Assembly: GCA_963701965.1 (NCBI GenBank) | Contig: OY969695.1 | Location: 960,001-1,024,000 of the forward strand | From: an uncultured Gemmatimonadales bacterium | GTDB taxonomy: Bacteria; Gemmatimonadota; Gemmatimonadetes; Gemmatimonadales; Gemmatimonadaceae | DNA length: 64,000 nucleotides | Direction: 5' to 3' | Program-made: the position numbers and the translations under genes | Notes under the pieces: model-generated | Databases searched by the model: none | What the model saw: only the letters and a program-made list of their open reading frames with translations | Told to the model about the DNA's origin: nothing | Shown here: positions 40,981 to 56,170 of the stretch, piece by piece | Numbering within the stretch: the first letter of the stretch is position 1 | Layout: every line of letters begins with the position of its first letter

Positions 40981-41946
40981 CTACTGGTACTGAATGTAGA
41001 CCGGGGCCGGAAAGAGCTTGAGAATGTCGGCGATCGCCGTCTGCGGCACATCCTGCCGGAAAAACTGCTTCCAGCCGGCGAACTGCACGGGCGACGCGAA
41101 CACATAGTCGTGGTACGACTCGCGTTTGAGCTCGGGCGGCCCGAAACCGTCCATGTCGATCACGACCTGCACGTGGGGATCGAGCACGATCCGATCCGGA
41201 TGCGTCAACATCGGGCGCCGAAACCGGTGGATCACGAGAATCTTGGGCGGCAAGCTGTCCCCAACGAGCTTGGCCAGAAACTGCGTGGCGTAGTTCACGT
41301 CGGCCGCGTCGATCGTGCCAATACGGCGGCCCGGCACGCCACCCCGCTTCGCCATCGCGAACTCCGGATCGATCGCCAGATGCACGTTGGGCCGGGCCAA
41401 AAACGGCGCCAGCCGCGGCAACTCCGCCTCGACGGTGCTCAACCCCGGTTGCACGTCGAGAAAGAGGAGCGCGTGACGGCGCGCGGCCCAGGAGTAGACA
41501 CGCTCCACGAGCGTGTCGGGCATCCGGGCCCGGTACTTCCCATCGGCGCCCGCGGACCCCTGGGCCACGACCGCAATGAGTTGGAGCGCGGGAATAACGG
41601 GCGTCGCCGAGTCCGCCGCGCGCCAGGCCGCGACCTCCCGGTCGAGATGCGCGAGCATCGTGTCGACCGGATAGGCGCCCAGCACCCCCATGTGCTTCGA
41701 CAACGGATTGCCATAGAAGGCGACGATTCGGTGCGATGGCAGGAGCGCCGTCGGGGACGCCGGCATCGTCGCCAGCGCCGCCCACCGACCAGCGAGGACA
41801 CTGTCCTGTCGCGGGCCGGGCCGCGCCACGTGGTAGTGATGATGCGCGTGCGACGCCGGCGGCGGCTCCGCCGCCACTGAATCCTGCGCCCCCAATGCCG
41901 CCGGAAACAGCACGGCGGCGACGACGAGTGGCCCGGCGATCCGCAA
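40981..41946 (-). CDS. Secreted hypothetical protein
   Basis: Signal peptide; VAFYGNP, FLDVQPG, LAIDPEF, DMDGFG globular motifs. Confidence 0.75.
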   Translation of the reverse strand: MRIAGPLVVAAVLFPAALGAQDSVAAEPPPASHAHHHYHVARPGPRQDSVLAGRWAALATMPASPTALLPSHRIVAFYGNPLSKHMGVLGAYPVDTMLAHLDREVAAWRAADSATPVIPALQLIAVVAQGSAGADGKYRARMPDTLVERVYSWAARRHALLFLDVQPGLSTVEAELPRLAPFLARPNVHLAIDPEFAMAKRGGVPGRRIGTIDAADVNYATQFLAKLVGDSLPPKILVIHRFRRPMLTHPDRIVLDPHVQVVIDMDGFGPPELKRESYHDYVFASPVQFAGWKQFFRQDVPQTAIADILKLFPAPVYIQYQ

Positions 41947-41951
41947 TCTGG

Positions 41952-42488
41952 CTACGACGCGTTCGCGGCTTTGACGAGAGTCTGCTCGAGCATCCCGGTG
42001 CTGGAGCAGTGGGTCGGGTCGTTGCTGTCGCCCGACGTCGGTTGCGCCGTGCCCTCCACCATCGTGGACACTCTCGTGGTGCCGTTGCCAAGCGCCGTGA
42101 GGGTGGAGACGACGGAAATCGTCAGGCGATCCTTGTCGGCGAGCGGTCCGCTGGCGATGTCCACTCCGCAGCGCAAGTACCGGGACAGCGCCGTGCCGTG
42201 CAGCGAGTGAATCGCCACGACGTGCACATTGCCGACGATGTGACGCTCCGCGTCGCGGGTGCCGACGTCGATGCCGAGCTTGATGTAGGCCGTCACCACC
42301 GCGGCGTACGCATCATCGAGCGGCCGCTCCATGGTGAGATCGTTGGGCGAATCCGCGGTCGTACGGGTCACCCGGCCCGCGTCGTCCTCGATGAGAACGC
42401 GCTCCGCATCGCGCGGCGCCGGGGTTCCTGGTGCGGACGCGCACCCGCCGATCAGTACCGCGAATGCTACGACACTCGAGCGCATCAT
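41952..42488 (-). CDS. Lipoprotein, paralog of the upstream gene
   Basis: Lipobox IGGC; C..CSSTG. Confidence 0.75.
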   Translation of the reverse strand: MMRSSVVAFAVLIGGCASAPGTPAPRDAERVLIEDDAGRVTRTTADSPNDLTMERPLDDAYAAVVTAYIKLGIDVGTRDAERHIVGNVHVVAIHSLHGTALSRYLRCGVDIASGPLADKDRLTISVVSTLTALGNGTTRVSTMVEGTAQPTSGDSNDPTHCSSTGMLEQTLVKAANAS

Positions 42489-42512
42489 ACCGATTCTCCA
42501 GAAGCGCGGGTT

Positions 42513-43049
42513 CTACAAACCACGGGCGGTCTCGACAATGTCCTGCTCCAGCGCACCGGTGCTCGAACAGTAGGTCGGTGTCGTGCTCGTCCCTCGCGAG
42601 ACCCCGTACCCATTGACCAGCGTCGACACTTTTGTGGAGACCGAGTCGACCAACGACAGTGAGGAAACGACGGAGAACGTCACGATATACTGATCGGCGA
42701 GCGCCCGACCCATCATGTCCGCCCCGCAACTGAAGTATTTCGAGAGGGCCGAGCCGTGGAACGTCCGCGACGCGACGACCTGCGTATTGCCGACGATATG
42801 GTGTGCCGCGTCGCGCGTACCAATGTCGATGCCCAACTTGAGGTACGCCGCCGCGGTGGCGGCGAAGGCGGCATCCAGCGGCTCACGAACGGTCGCCTCG
42901 GTTGGCACATCCGCGGTCGTCCGCAGTCGGGTTCCCAATTGCTCGTCGGAGACCATGCGCACCATGTCGCCTTGTGACGTCGTCGGAACACCGGAGGAGG
43001 CACACCCGAGTGCCAGGAGGGCCCACGCTACAATGCTGAAGCGAATCAC
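42513..43049 (-). CDS. Lipoprotein
   Basis: Lipobox ALGC; same 178-aa length as its neighbour and shared KLGIDxGTRDA, CSSTG. Confidence 0.75.
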   Translation of the reverse strand: MIRFSIVAWALLALGCASSGVPTTSQGDMVRMVSDEQLGTRLRTTADVPTEATVREPLDAAFAATAAAYLKLGIDIGTRDAAHHIVGNTQVVASRTFHGSALSKYFSCGADMMGRALADQYIVTFSVVSSLSLVDSVSTKVSTLVNGYGVSRGTSTTPTYCSSTGALEQDIVETARGL

Positions 43050-43079
43050 CGCGTCTCCAGATGTTTGGACGGCCCTACG

Positions 43080-44823
<1,744 letters not shown>

Positions 44824-44831
<8 letters not shown>

Positions 44832-47800
44832 GATCAGTTGCGACGAGCGAAATAGTCACCACGGTACCGCGACCTCGCTGACTCTCAACGGTGATTGTGC
44901 CGCCCCACCCATCGACGACACGGCGACTGACGGCCAGCCCCAATCCGCTGCCACTCGTCCGCGTAGAGAAATGTGGCTCGAAAAGGCGCGGCATGACGTC
45001 CTCGGGAATTCCTTCCCCATCATCTTCGACGGCGACGGTCACCCGCCCGACATCGCGGTCGACCCGCACGCGGACGCGGTGCGCGTCAGCGAGACGCGCG
45101 TTTTCCAGGAGGTTGAGCAACACCTCGCGCAACTCGTCGGCGCGCGCCCGCGCCACGAACGCGTTCGTGTCACTCGCGTCCACGGTCCACTGCACGCCGT
45201 CAGCACCGAGTCGCTCCAACTCGACCACGTCGCGGGCCACCGCGCCCACGTCGGTCGGCTCGGCCGGCGGCCGCTCCTCGGGCGCCGTGCCATACCGGCT
45301 GAAGGCGCGCGCAATCTCATCGAGCCGGTCGATCTCGGCCAGGATCCGGGACACGTTCTGGTGAAGAATTCGGTCGAAGTCACGACGCTTATCTGTATGC
45401 GCCCGTTGGAGATGCTGCACTCCTAGGCGAATTGGGGTGAGGGGGTTCTTGATCTCGTGGGCGACCTGGCGTGCCATCTGGCCCCACGCCAGGACGCGCT
45501 GGCTGTCGCCGAAATCGGCCGCCATGCGCCGGAACGCCGAGTACACCGGGATGAACTCCGCCGGCGGTTCACCGCCCAAATCGGGTTCGCGGGCGCCGGC
45601 GGCGGCGGCCAACGCGGCGCGGCGCAGCGCGTCGATCGGCCGCGCGAACCGGCGGGCCACGAGCCCGCTCAACCACAGGGCCGCCACCGCGCCCGCCGCC
45701 GTCGCGAACAGGACCAGGATACTCAGATCGTCCCGGCGGCGCGTGAGCGCCGCGTCGTCGATCGGATCCGTGCCGGCCGGCGCGGCGAGGATGACGTGCT
45801 CCTGCCGGTCATCGGTCGCGGCGCGGTACCCGAACAAGAGGCGCACGGCGTCCGCCCGCTCCACGCGGTCGGCCGTCAGCTCGTCGGCGAGACCGAGCCC
45901 CAGCTCGATATCCGGCCGCACGAATCCGCCGATGGGGGCCAGGGCCGTGAACAGGGTGTCACTGGCCCCGCTCAGCGCGCCGTTCCGATACAGGAGCAGG
46001 GGCGTGTCGAGGCGATCGCCGGCCAGTTGCAGGAAGTCGACTTCGCCGTTGTTGACCACGGAGCGCAGCGTCTCCAGCACACGGAGCGCGTGCGACTGCC
46101 GGTCATCGCTCGCCAGGCGCCGGTAGGACCAGGCCGTGAACAGGAGCGCCGGAGTCACGAAGAACGCGAACAACACCACGGTCAGCTGTGCGCGGTAGCT
46201 GCGGGCCCACCCGCGCGCCCGCCAGCGCGCCCACCGCCATACGGCGCCACCGGACACGGCGGCCAGGGTCCACAGGAGCGCGATGACCAGGAGATCGAGC
46301 AGCAGGAGCAGTGTGCCCCGCTCCGCCAACGCATCGATCGAGCGCAGATCGATCTCCACGTGGGCGCGCGCCGGAGTGAATCCGCCCCCAACGACCCAAT
46401 CGGCGTGCAGCTCCTCCCCCTCCCGCCACCACCGGCGGAGCGCGGCCCGTGTCTCGATCGTATCGGCGTGGCGCGAGGCGATACGGATCAGGATCAGCGA
46501 GTAAGCGGGCGTCCCGCCATTGGCGGCCGACGCCAGGCCGAATAACCGCGCTTCCGGCGACTCGGCGATCAACCGGGTCGCCGGCGCGACGACGACCGCG
46601 GTCACCGCGTGCGCCGGTCCGCTCCCTTCCGGCACCGCCAGAATGAGCTGCGTGCCCTGCGACGCCGCGGCCCCGATCATGACAGACGTATCGGCGGCGC
46701 TCGCGGCGTTCACGGCCTGCGCGACGCGTTGGCCCAATGTCTCGAACCGGGCCAGCTGCAGGGTGGCGATCGTATCGCCCGCGGGCGACCAGGCGCTGAG
46801 CGCCACCGGATACCCGCCCGCGGCGAGATCGGAGCGGGAGTACAGCTTGAGGAGATCGGCGCGCGAGCGCGGCGCGGGCGCGGCCGCCAAGTCGGCCCCG
46901 AACCGCTGCAGCAGCACGATCGCATTCGAATCCGGGGTCGTCAGCCCCGCCACGTCGCGCTCGGCCAGCGCCACCCGACGCTCGGCGTTCTCCGCCCAGA
47001 TCAAGAGCGCCGCGCCACACCCGGCGACCACGGTCACGGTCGTGATGCGCGGACGCGTGCCCGACGCGAACGCCGCGGCCGCCGCGGCGGCGATCCAGAG
47101 CCCGATATAGGCCGCCGGCCAACCGGCGACGGTCGGCGGCCGCCAGAGGAGCACACCGAGAACGGCCGCGATCACGGCGAGCGCGATGGCCACACCCGGA
47201 GCCGCGCCGCGCGACGTCCGGAGGGCGCTCCGCCCGGCGACGACGGCGACGCACAGCAAGGCGACGCCGGCCAGGGCCAGGGTGAGCTGCCACACAATCC
47301 ACAGCTCCACCGGCACGCCCGACCCCGGCGATGTGATGCCCTCGGCGAGCTCGCGGACAAAGTACGGCGTCGCGGCGCTCACGGCGACCGCGATCGCCGC
47401 CGCGAGCGGCCGGGAGCGCACCCGGACGCCCGCCTGCACGAGGGCCAGGGCCCCGAGCGCGGCGACCGCGCTGGTGAGCGCCAGGGCGCCGATGCTCGCG
47501 GTAAGCGGGCCGCCGATCGTCGAGTAGAAGTACGTCGGATCGAACACCGCGCTCAGATTGGAGAGCGTGTTGAGCGGCACGATCGCGATCACGGCCACTG
47601 GCAGGAGGAGGGCCGCCAACCGCCGCCCCAGGGGCGCGCGAGGGTACCACTCGGCGCCAATGAACGCGATCACCGCGAGCGCGAGGAGGGCCACGCCGCG
47701 GCGGCGGGCGCGTTCGATGGCCGCCGGGCGCGCGACGTCGACCCGCGGGGCGATCGGCTCGACCGTGACCAGGGTGTCGCCGCCGGCGCGGTTGAACGCG

Positions 47801-48498
47801 AGTCCCGACACGCCCGTGCGCCGCGTGATGACCTCGTCGAGCGCCATCGACAAGCGGTCCGCGGGCGGGTCGGCGTGCAGCAGCACGGTGGCCACGGCCC
47901 GCGAGGCGCCGCGGGTGACGGCCGCCTGCAAAGTGACGTAGAAATCACTCCACGTGACCGAAAGCCCGGGCGCATCGGACGGCGGCGTGCGAATGGTGCC
48001 GGCCCAGGCCACGGGTCCGCCGTTCCGGTATAGCACGATCCCACGCTCGGGGTCCACGGCTTGGCCGAGCACCCGCCGCACGGCGTCGAAGGCCGCCGGC
48101 GGATCGGACGGCGCGTCGAGGGCCCGCGTGGCGGTCCGGGTCAGCGACGCCGAGAGCCGCCCAAGGGCTTGCTGGGCGGTGCCCTGGGCTCGCGCCACGA
48201 CATCCTGGGAGACCGCGGGCCAGAACTGGTCGATGCGCCAGAGTGCGTACTGTCCCGCCATGCCGGCCAGGGCAAACGCGGTCAGCAGCACGGACGCGGC
48301 CCGGGCCGCGGACGTGCCGGGTCCGCGGCGCGGGGCGGCCAACGCGAGGGTGGCGACCGTGGCGCACACCGTGGCGACCAGATAAGGTAGGTCGGGCGCG
48401 CGGAGCCATCGCGCGGCCAACAGCACGGCGATCGCGGCGGCGGCCGACCACCAGGAGGAACGCGCGCCGCCGCGGCGATCCCTTTGTCCCGCAGGCAT
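44824..48498 (-). CDS. Multi-TM sensor histidine kinase (NtrY-like HisKA)
   Basis: AHEIKNPLTP, NLLENA, DDGEG, FSTR.SGSGLGL; start uncertain. Confidence 0.9.
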
Positions 48499-49216
48499 GT
48501 CGTCACCGCGACGTCTCAAAGAGTTGCCGCCCGGCCGTGTCGCCGCCGCGATCGCCGATGATCCGAGGCTCATCGTGCCGATTGGCACCTGTGAAGCCCA
48601 TGGGCCTCACGTGCCATTGGGGACCGATACGATAATCGTCGAGCATCTCGCCGACGATCTGTCCGCGGAGTTCGGCGTGCTGCGCGCGCCGACGGTCGAA
48701 TATGGCGTGAATGCCGAGACGGCACGGACGTCACCGGGGAACGGATCCGTGCGCAAGAAGACCTTGCACTCCCTGCTGAACGATCTGCTCGCTTCGTGGG
48801 AAGCGACGGGCGTGCGGGAGTTCATTCTGTTGACGGGGCACGGCTATGACGCGCATCAGGAGGCCTTGGCGACGGTCATCACCGCCGAGGCGCGCGTGCG
48901 CGTCGTCAATGTCTTCGCGGTTCACTTGGGCGATCTGTTGAGTGGCCAGGATGGCCCGATGCACGGAGATGAGGTCGACACCTCGCTTCTGTTACACCTC
49001 GCGCCGGAATTGGTGAATATGCGGGTCGCCGAGGACTATAGTCTGCCGGACCGCGAGCAGCGGCGCTACCGCCGCGGCCGGCTACGCGTGCCCGGTGAGG
49101 GGTCGGGGTCGGTGGGCCGGCCGACGTTGGCGACCGCCGAGAAAGGGCGCCTCGTGTACGAGCGACTCCTCGAGCGGATCGCGCAGCGGATCTTTCGGCC
49201 AGCGGGTCAGGGGTGA
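48497..49216 (+). CDS. Creatininase family protein
   Basis: PIGTCEAHGPHVPLGTD, HGDEVDTS. Confidence 0.88.
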   Translation: MSSPRRLKELPPGRVAAAIADDPRLIVPIGTCEAHGPHVPLGTDTIIVEHLADDLSAEFGVLRAPTVEYGVNAETARTSPGNGSVRKKTLHSLLNDLLASWEATGVREFILLTGHGYDAHQEALATVITAEARVRVVNVFAVHLGDLLSGQDGPMHGDEVDTSLLLHLAPELVNMRVAEDYSLPDREQRRYRRGRLRVPGEGSGSVGRPTLATAEKGRLVYERLLERIAQRIFRPAGQG

Positions 49217-49935
49217 GGCGTGGCTGCATCCTCGCTCTCGCCGTCTTCGGGGCCCGGGTGGTCGGGGCCCAGGCCGCGAACGGGCTGGTGGTCGACCAGG
49301 GGAGCTTCACCATCACCGTGGGGTCGACCCGCGAGGGGCGTGAGACATTCGCCATCCGGCGTTCGCCGGCGGGAGGGGTGGACGCGCCGTTTCAGGCCAC
49401 GGGCACGGTGTTGCTGACCGACCGGCGCTTGACGCCAGCGCTGACGACGGACGCCTCGGGAGGACCCATCACGTATACGCTCGAAGTGCGGGGGGGCAGC
49501 GCGCCCATCGAGCGCATGGCCGTGAGCCGGGACCGTGGGTTCCTGACGTTACGCGGCCAGTGGCCGGGCGAGGAGTCGGTGCGGGAGATTCCCACCGCGC
49601 CGGTCCGCTGGGGGCCCGACTCGGCGGCCATCGGCGGCACCGTCCTCGTGGACGACGATGTCGTGCATCACTACTACTTTTTGTTGCTGCGGCGCCGGGA
49701 AGGCACGGTGTCGGTCGTCGTCCCCCGGCGGCAGGCCGCCGTCGCCCTGCACATCGCGCGCGATGGCGCCGACTCGGTCGTCATTGGCAACCACATTCTC
49801 AAAGCCGAGCGCGTCAGCATTACGGGTGACGCGGATGGGGAGCGCCTGGTGTGGGTCGATGCGGCCGGCCGGGTGCTCAAGGTCGAGGCGCCGGACCGGC
49901 ACTTGCTGGCGTTGCGCGATGACCCGCCGCGGTAG
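49213..49935 (+). CDS. Secreted hypothetical protein
   Basis: Signal peptide, beta-rich, GTGA overlap with upstream gene. Confidence 0.7.
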   Translation: MRRGCILALAVFGARVVGAQAANGLVVDQGSFTITVGSTREGRETFAIRRSPAGGVDAPFQATGTVLLTDRRLTPALTTDASGGPITYTLEVRGGSAPIERMAVSRDRGFLTLRGQWPGEESVREIPTAPVRWGPDSAAIGGTVLVDDDVVHHYYFLLLRRREGTVSVVVPRRQAAVALHIARDGADSVVIGNHILKAERVSITGDADGERLVWVDAAGRVLKVEAPDRHLLALRDDPPR

Positions 49936-49965
49936 CCGGCACGGTGTCAGGGAGGCGCAGGCAGT

Positions 49966-50041
49966 CGAGGAACGCGTGAGCGTTCCTCGTGTCCAACCGA
50001 CGGTTTCAGGGACGGCCGACAGGCCGTCCCTGAAACTTGTC
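49966..50041. repeat. Intergenic double hairpin sharing the TGTCCAACCGAC linker
   Basis: Perfect 10-bp stem 49966-49989, linker 49990-50001, perfect 15-bp stem 50003-50036, then TTGTC. Confidence 0.85.
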
Positions 50042-50083
50042 ATAACTCCGTCACGTACGGTCACCAACTTGGCCCAGGGATTC

Positions 50084-51562
50084 ATGGTTCGTTCTAGAGT
50101 CGTCCGTCTCGGCGCCCGTCTGCTTGGCGCCTGCCTGTTGTCGGCCAGCGCGGCCCGGGCGCAGGGACCCACGCCGGACTCGGCGGGACCCATCCTGTCC
50201 TTGACCAATGCGCAGAAGATCGCCCAGCGCAACAACCCCGCGTACCTCCAGAGCATCGTGGCGCGCCACACCCAGAGCGCCTCGTTGCGCGCGGCGTACG
50301 GCGGCCTGCTGCCGCAGCTCACCACATCGATTCAAGGCCAGTACACCCAGGCCGGTACGAGTCTGATCGCCGGCCAGCAGCTCGGCGCGAGCTCGGACTA
50401 CTGGGCGTCCTTGTGGCAGCTCAATCTGAATTACACGCTGAGCGCCAACACGTTGCTGAGCCCCGCGGTGGAGCGCGCCAATCGCGATGCCACCGAAGCG
50501 GACATCGGCACCGCGGCCGCGACGCTGCGCAACAACGTCGCCATGGCCTACATCGCCGTCCTGCAGGCCCGGGCCCAAGCCGAGCTGCAGGACACGCTGG
50601 TCTCCGATGACCAGGCCCAGTTGCTTCTGGCCCAGGCGCGGGTCGCCGCCGGCGCGGCGACGCCGCTCGACGTCCAGCGCGCCGAGGTCACGCTCAACCA
50701 GCAACAAGTGCAGGCTGTCCAGGCGCACAACCAGATCGATATCACGAAGCTCCAGCTCTTTCAGGTCCTCGGCGTGCAACAGCCCAAAGGCGTGCAGGTC
50801 CGCGACACGTTCGCCCTCGTGCCTCCGCCCTACGGGCTCGACAGCCTGATGGCGATCGCGCGCCAGTCGAACCCCCAGCTCGTCGCCATGCACGCCCGCA
50901 CGCACGCCGCATCGGCGGACGTGCACCGCCAGCGCGGCCTCTACGCGCCGGTCCTGCAGATCCAGACCGGTCTCAGCGGCCAGACGTTCCAGTACACGGA
51001 CGTCAACGTCCTGGTGAACTCGGAGCAGCAGAACTTCGCGTTGAACTACCAGCTCTGCCAACTGCTCAATGGCGGGAACGCCGCGACTTGCGGCCCGCCG
51101 ACGCTATCGCCGGCGGAGATTCAGAGGCTGCGCCAGGCCAACAACCAGTTTCCGTTTGGTTTCATCAACAACCCGCGGCAGATCTCGGCGATGGTCTCGC
51201 TGCCCCTCTTCGACGGGTTTGTCCGCGAATCGCGGATCGAGCAGGCCGAAGCGGCGCGCGAGAACGCCCAGTACAACCTGCGGGGTCAGGAGTTGACGCT
51301 GACGGCGGCGGTCACGAGCTCGTATCTGAACGTGATGACCGCCCGCCGAACGGCCGATCTCCAGCAGCAGACGGCGGCCAAGGCCCGTGAGGAGATGGCC
51401 CTCGCCCAGGCCCGCTACGAAGTGGGAGCGGCCTCATCGTTGGATGTGACTGATGCACGGGCCGCGTTCGAGCGCGCCGAGACTGATCGGATCAACGCTG
51501 TGTATTCTTATCAGACGGCATTCGCCGCGCTCGAGAGCGCGGTGGGCCGTCCTCTTCGCTGA
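50084..51562 (+). CDS. TolC-family outer membrane protein
   Basis: Signal peptide, NNP, LPQL, SLPLFDG, ARYEVGAASSLDV. Confidence 0.9.
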   Translation: MVRSRVVRLGARLLGACLLSASAARAQGPTPDSAGPILSLTNAQKIAQRNNPAYLQSIVARHTQSASLRAAYGGLLPQLTTSIQGQYTQAGTSLIAGQQLGASSDYWASLWQLNLNYTLSANTLLSPAVERANRDATEADIGTAAATLRNNVAMAYIAVLQARAQAELQDTLVSDDQAQLLLAQARVAAGAATPLDVQRAEVTLNQQQVQAVQAHNQIDITKLQLFQVLGVQQPKGVQVRDTFALVPPPYGLDSLMAIARQSNPQLVAMHARTHAASADVHRQRGLYAPVLQIQTGLSGQTFQYTDVNVLVNSEQQNFALNYQLCQLLNGGNAATCGPPTLSPAEIQRLRQANNQFPFGFINNPRQISAMVSLPLFDGFVRESRIEQAEAARENAQYNLRGQELTLTAAVTSSYLNVMTARRTADLQQQTAAKAREEMALAQARYEVGAASSLDVTDARAAFERAETDRINAVYSYQTAFAALESAVGRPLR

Positions 51563-51576
51563 CCGGGTCCCGACCT

Positions 51577-52871
51577 ATGACAGCACGCGCCAAGTGGACG
51601 ATTGCGCTGAGTATTCTGGCGATAGCCGCCATCGGCGGCGTCACGATCGCCGCCACGAACGGCAAGAAAGCCACTGAGGTCCGCATCGAGCCCGTGGTGC
51701 GGCGGGACCTCGTGGCGTCCGTGACCGCGAGCGGCCAGGTCGTCCCCCACACCAGGGTCGACGTCAGTACCGATATCTCAGGCCGCATCATCCAGCTGGC
51801 CGTGAAGGAGGGCGACATGGTCAAACAAGGCCAGTTGCTGCTCCAGATCGACCCGGCGATCTATGCGGCCGAAGTCGAGCACGACAAGGCCGCGCTCGCC
51901 GGCGCCAAGGCGGCCGAGGTCCAATCGTCCGCCAATCTGGCCCAAGCGCAGCACAACTACGATCGCTCGGCGCAGATCAAACGCCAGAATGCCTCGCTCA
52001 TCTCCGACGAGCAGATCGAGCAACTCAAGACGGCGCTCGACGTCGGCAAGGCGACGAAGGAAGCGGCCGACTTCCAGGTCGATCAGGCCGAGGCCACGCT
52101 GCGCAACTCCGAGAGCGCCTTGAGCAAGACGACGGTGCTGGCGCCCATGAGCGGGCGCGTGACCCGCCTCAATGTCGAGCAGGGGGAAACCGCGATCCAA
52201 GGGACGCTCAACAAGGATGCCGCGACCCTGCTGACCGTCAGCGACATGACCAATCTGGAGACGCGCGTCAAGGTCGACGAGACCGACGTCGCGCACATTC
52301 AGATTGGCGACTCGGCCCAGGTCCAACTCGACGCCTTTCCCGATACCACGTTCCTCGGACGCGTCACGAAGATCGCCAACAGCTCGGTCAAGGCCGCGGG
52401 GCAGGCCAGCACCACGACGTCGACCGATCAGGCGGTCGACTACGAGGTCACGATCAAGTTGCTCAACCCGCCGCCCGACACCCGTCCCGACTTTTCGGCC
52501 ACGGCCCGCGTGGTGACCGACTCCCGCACCCACGTGCTGTCGATTCCCATCATCGCCCTCACGGTGCGCGAGAACGAGCCCGTGCCCGCCGGAGACTCGG
52601 CGGTCACCATTGGCCGCGCCCAGCCCACGAAGCAAGTCGGCAAGCGCGACGTCGAGGGCGTGTTCGTGGTGGGCAAGGACAACAAGGTCACCTTCCGACC
52701 GGTGCGCGTCGGCATTGCCGGCGACAAGTTCTTCGAGGTCATGAGCGGCGTGCAGGAGAACGAGAAAATTGTTGGCGGCACGTACCAGGCCATCCGCGAC
52801 CTCAAGGATGGCGCGCTGGTGCGCGAGGCCAAGCAGGAGACGCCACATCTCGCGGCGACACCGGCCAAGTC

Positions 52872-52875
<4 letters not shown>
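51577..52875 (+). CDS. Efflux periplasmic adaptor (MacA-like)
   Basis: [31 protein letters not shown]. Confidence 0.92.
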
Positions 52876-54913
<2,038 letters not shown>

Positions 54914-54914
54914 T

Positions 54915-56165
54915 GTGAGCCGCGGCGCCAAAGTGTCCGCGATGTTCGAGGGCGTCTCCATCGCCCTCGACGCGATCCGCTCCAACAAGGTGCGTGCGGC
55001 GCTCACCATCTTGGGGATCGCTGTAGGCGTCTTCTCGGTGACCGCCATCGCGGCGGCGATTCACGGGATCAACGAGTCCGTGGCCAAGGACATTGAGTCG
55101 GCCGGCGCCACTACGTTCTTCATCTTCCGGTTCCCGATTACGTTCAGCTGTGATGGCACGGACGAAATGTGTCCGTGGATGCACAATCCCCCGATCACGC
55201 TGGCGGAGGCGACGGCCCTGAGTCGCCTCCCCGCATTGGAGGGTGTCACCGGGCAGATTGAGTTCCAGGGATCGTTCAAGTACGGAGACCGCGCGTTGCC
55301 CGCGGCGCAACTCCTGGGCTATACCCCGTCGTGGACTCAGACCGATGGTGGCGACATTAATCCCGGCCGCTCCTTCACCATTCAGGAGAACAACAGCGCC
55401 GCCCACGTCGTCCTCATCAACGACGTGATGACGAAGAAACTGTTCGGCGACAGCGTCGACCCTGTCGGCAAGACGATGACGATCAATAACTCCCAGTACG
55501 AAGTCATCGGCTTCTACCACTATCATCCGAGCATCCTCTCCGGGGGCGAGCGCGCCATGGCCATCGTCCCCATTCAAACGCTGATCCGGCACTTCAACGT
55601 CAGCGTCCGCGAGATGATGCTGACGATCAAGCCACGGTCGGAGGTCGCGCGGGACCAAGCGATTGACGACGTCACGGCTTTCCTGCGCGCCGCGCGTAGC
55701 CTTCGGCCGAGCACCACGAACAACTTTTCCGTCGTGACGCAGGACCGTCTTTTTCAGCTCTACAACAGCTTCTTCGGCGTCATCTTCGCGGTGACGCTCT
55801 CGTTGTCCGCCGTCGGGCTCCTGGTCGGTGGCGTCGGGGTCATCGCGATCATGATGATCAGCGTGACCGAGCGGACGCGCGAAATCGGCGTGCGGAAGGC
55901 GCTGGGCGCCACCCGATTCGTGATTCTGTGGCAGTTTCTGATCGAGGCGATCACGCTCACCAGCATCGGCGTCGCCATCGGTTTCGTGCTGGGCTGGCTG
56001 GCGGCATTGGTGGTGCGGCTTACCCTGCCCATTCCGGCCTCGGTGCCACCCATGGCCATTCTCGCGGCCGTCGGCGCGAGCATCGTCACCGGCATTCTCT
56101 TCGGCGTGCTCCCCGCAACGCGCGCCGCCCGCCTCGATCCGGTCACGGCGCTTCGTTACGAATAG
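54915..56165 (+). CDS. ABC permease (MacB/FtsX)
   Basis: SVTERTREIGVRKALGA, LDPVTALRYE. Confidence 0.93.
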   Translation: MSRGAKVSAMFEGVSIALDAIRSNKVRAALTILGIAVGVFSVTAIAAAIHGINESVAKDIESAGATTFFIFRFPITFSCDGTDEMCPWMHNPPITLAEATALSRLPALEGVTGQIEFQGSFKYGDRALPAAQLLGYTPSWTQTDGGDINPGRSFTIQENNSAAHVVLINDVMTKKLFGDSVDPVGKTMTINNSQYEVIGFYHYHPSILSGGERAMAIVPIQTLIRHFNVSVREMMLTIKPRSEVARDQAIDDVTAFLRAARSLRPSTTNNFSVVTQDRLFQLYNSFFGVIFAVTLSLSAVGLLVGGVGVIAIMMISVTERTREIGVRKALGATRFVILWQFLIEAITLTSIGVAIGFVLGWLAALVVRLTLPIPASVPPMAILAAVGASIVTGILFGVLPATRAARLDPVTALRYE

Positions 56166-56170
56166 GCCGC

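Noticed and set aside
49658..50083. Long N-terminal extension of tolC
   Set aside because: Overlaps the upstream gene and the hairpins; the signal peptide starts at ATG 50084
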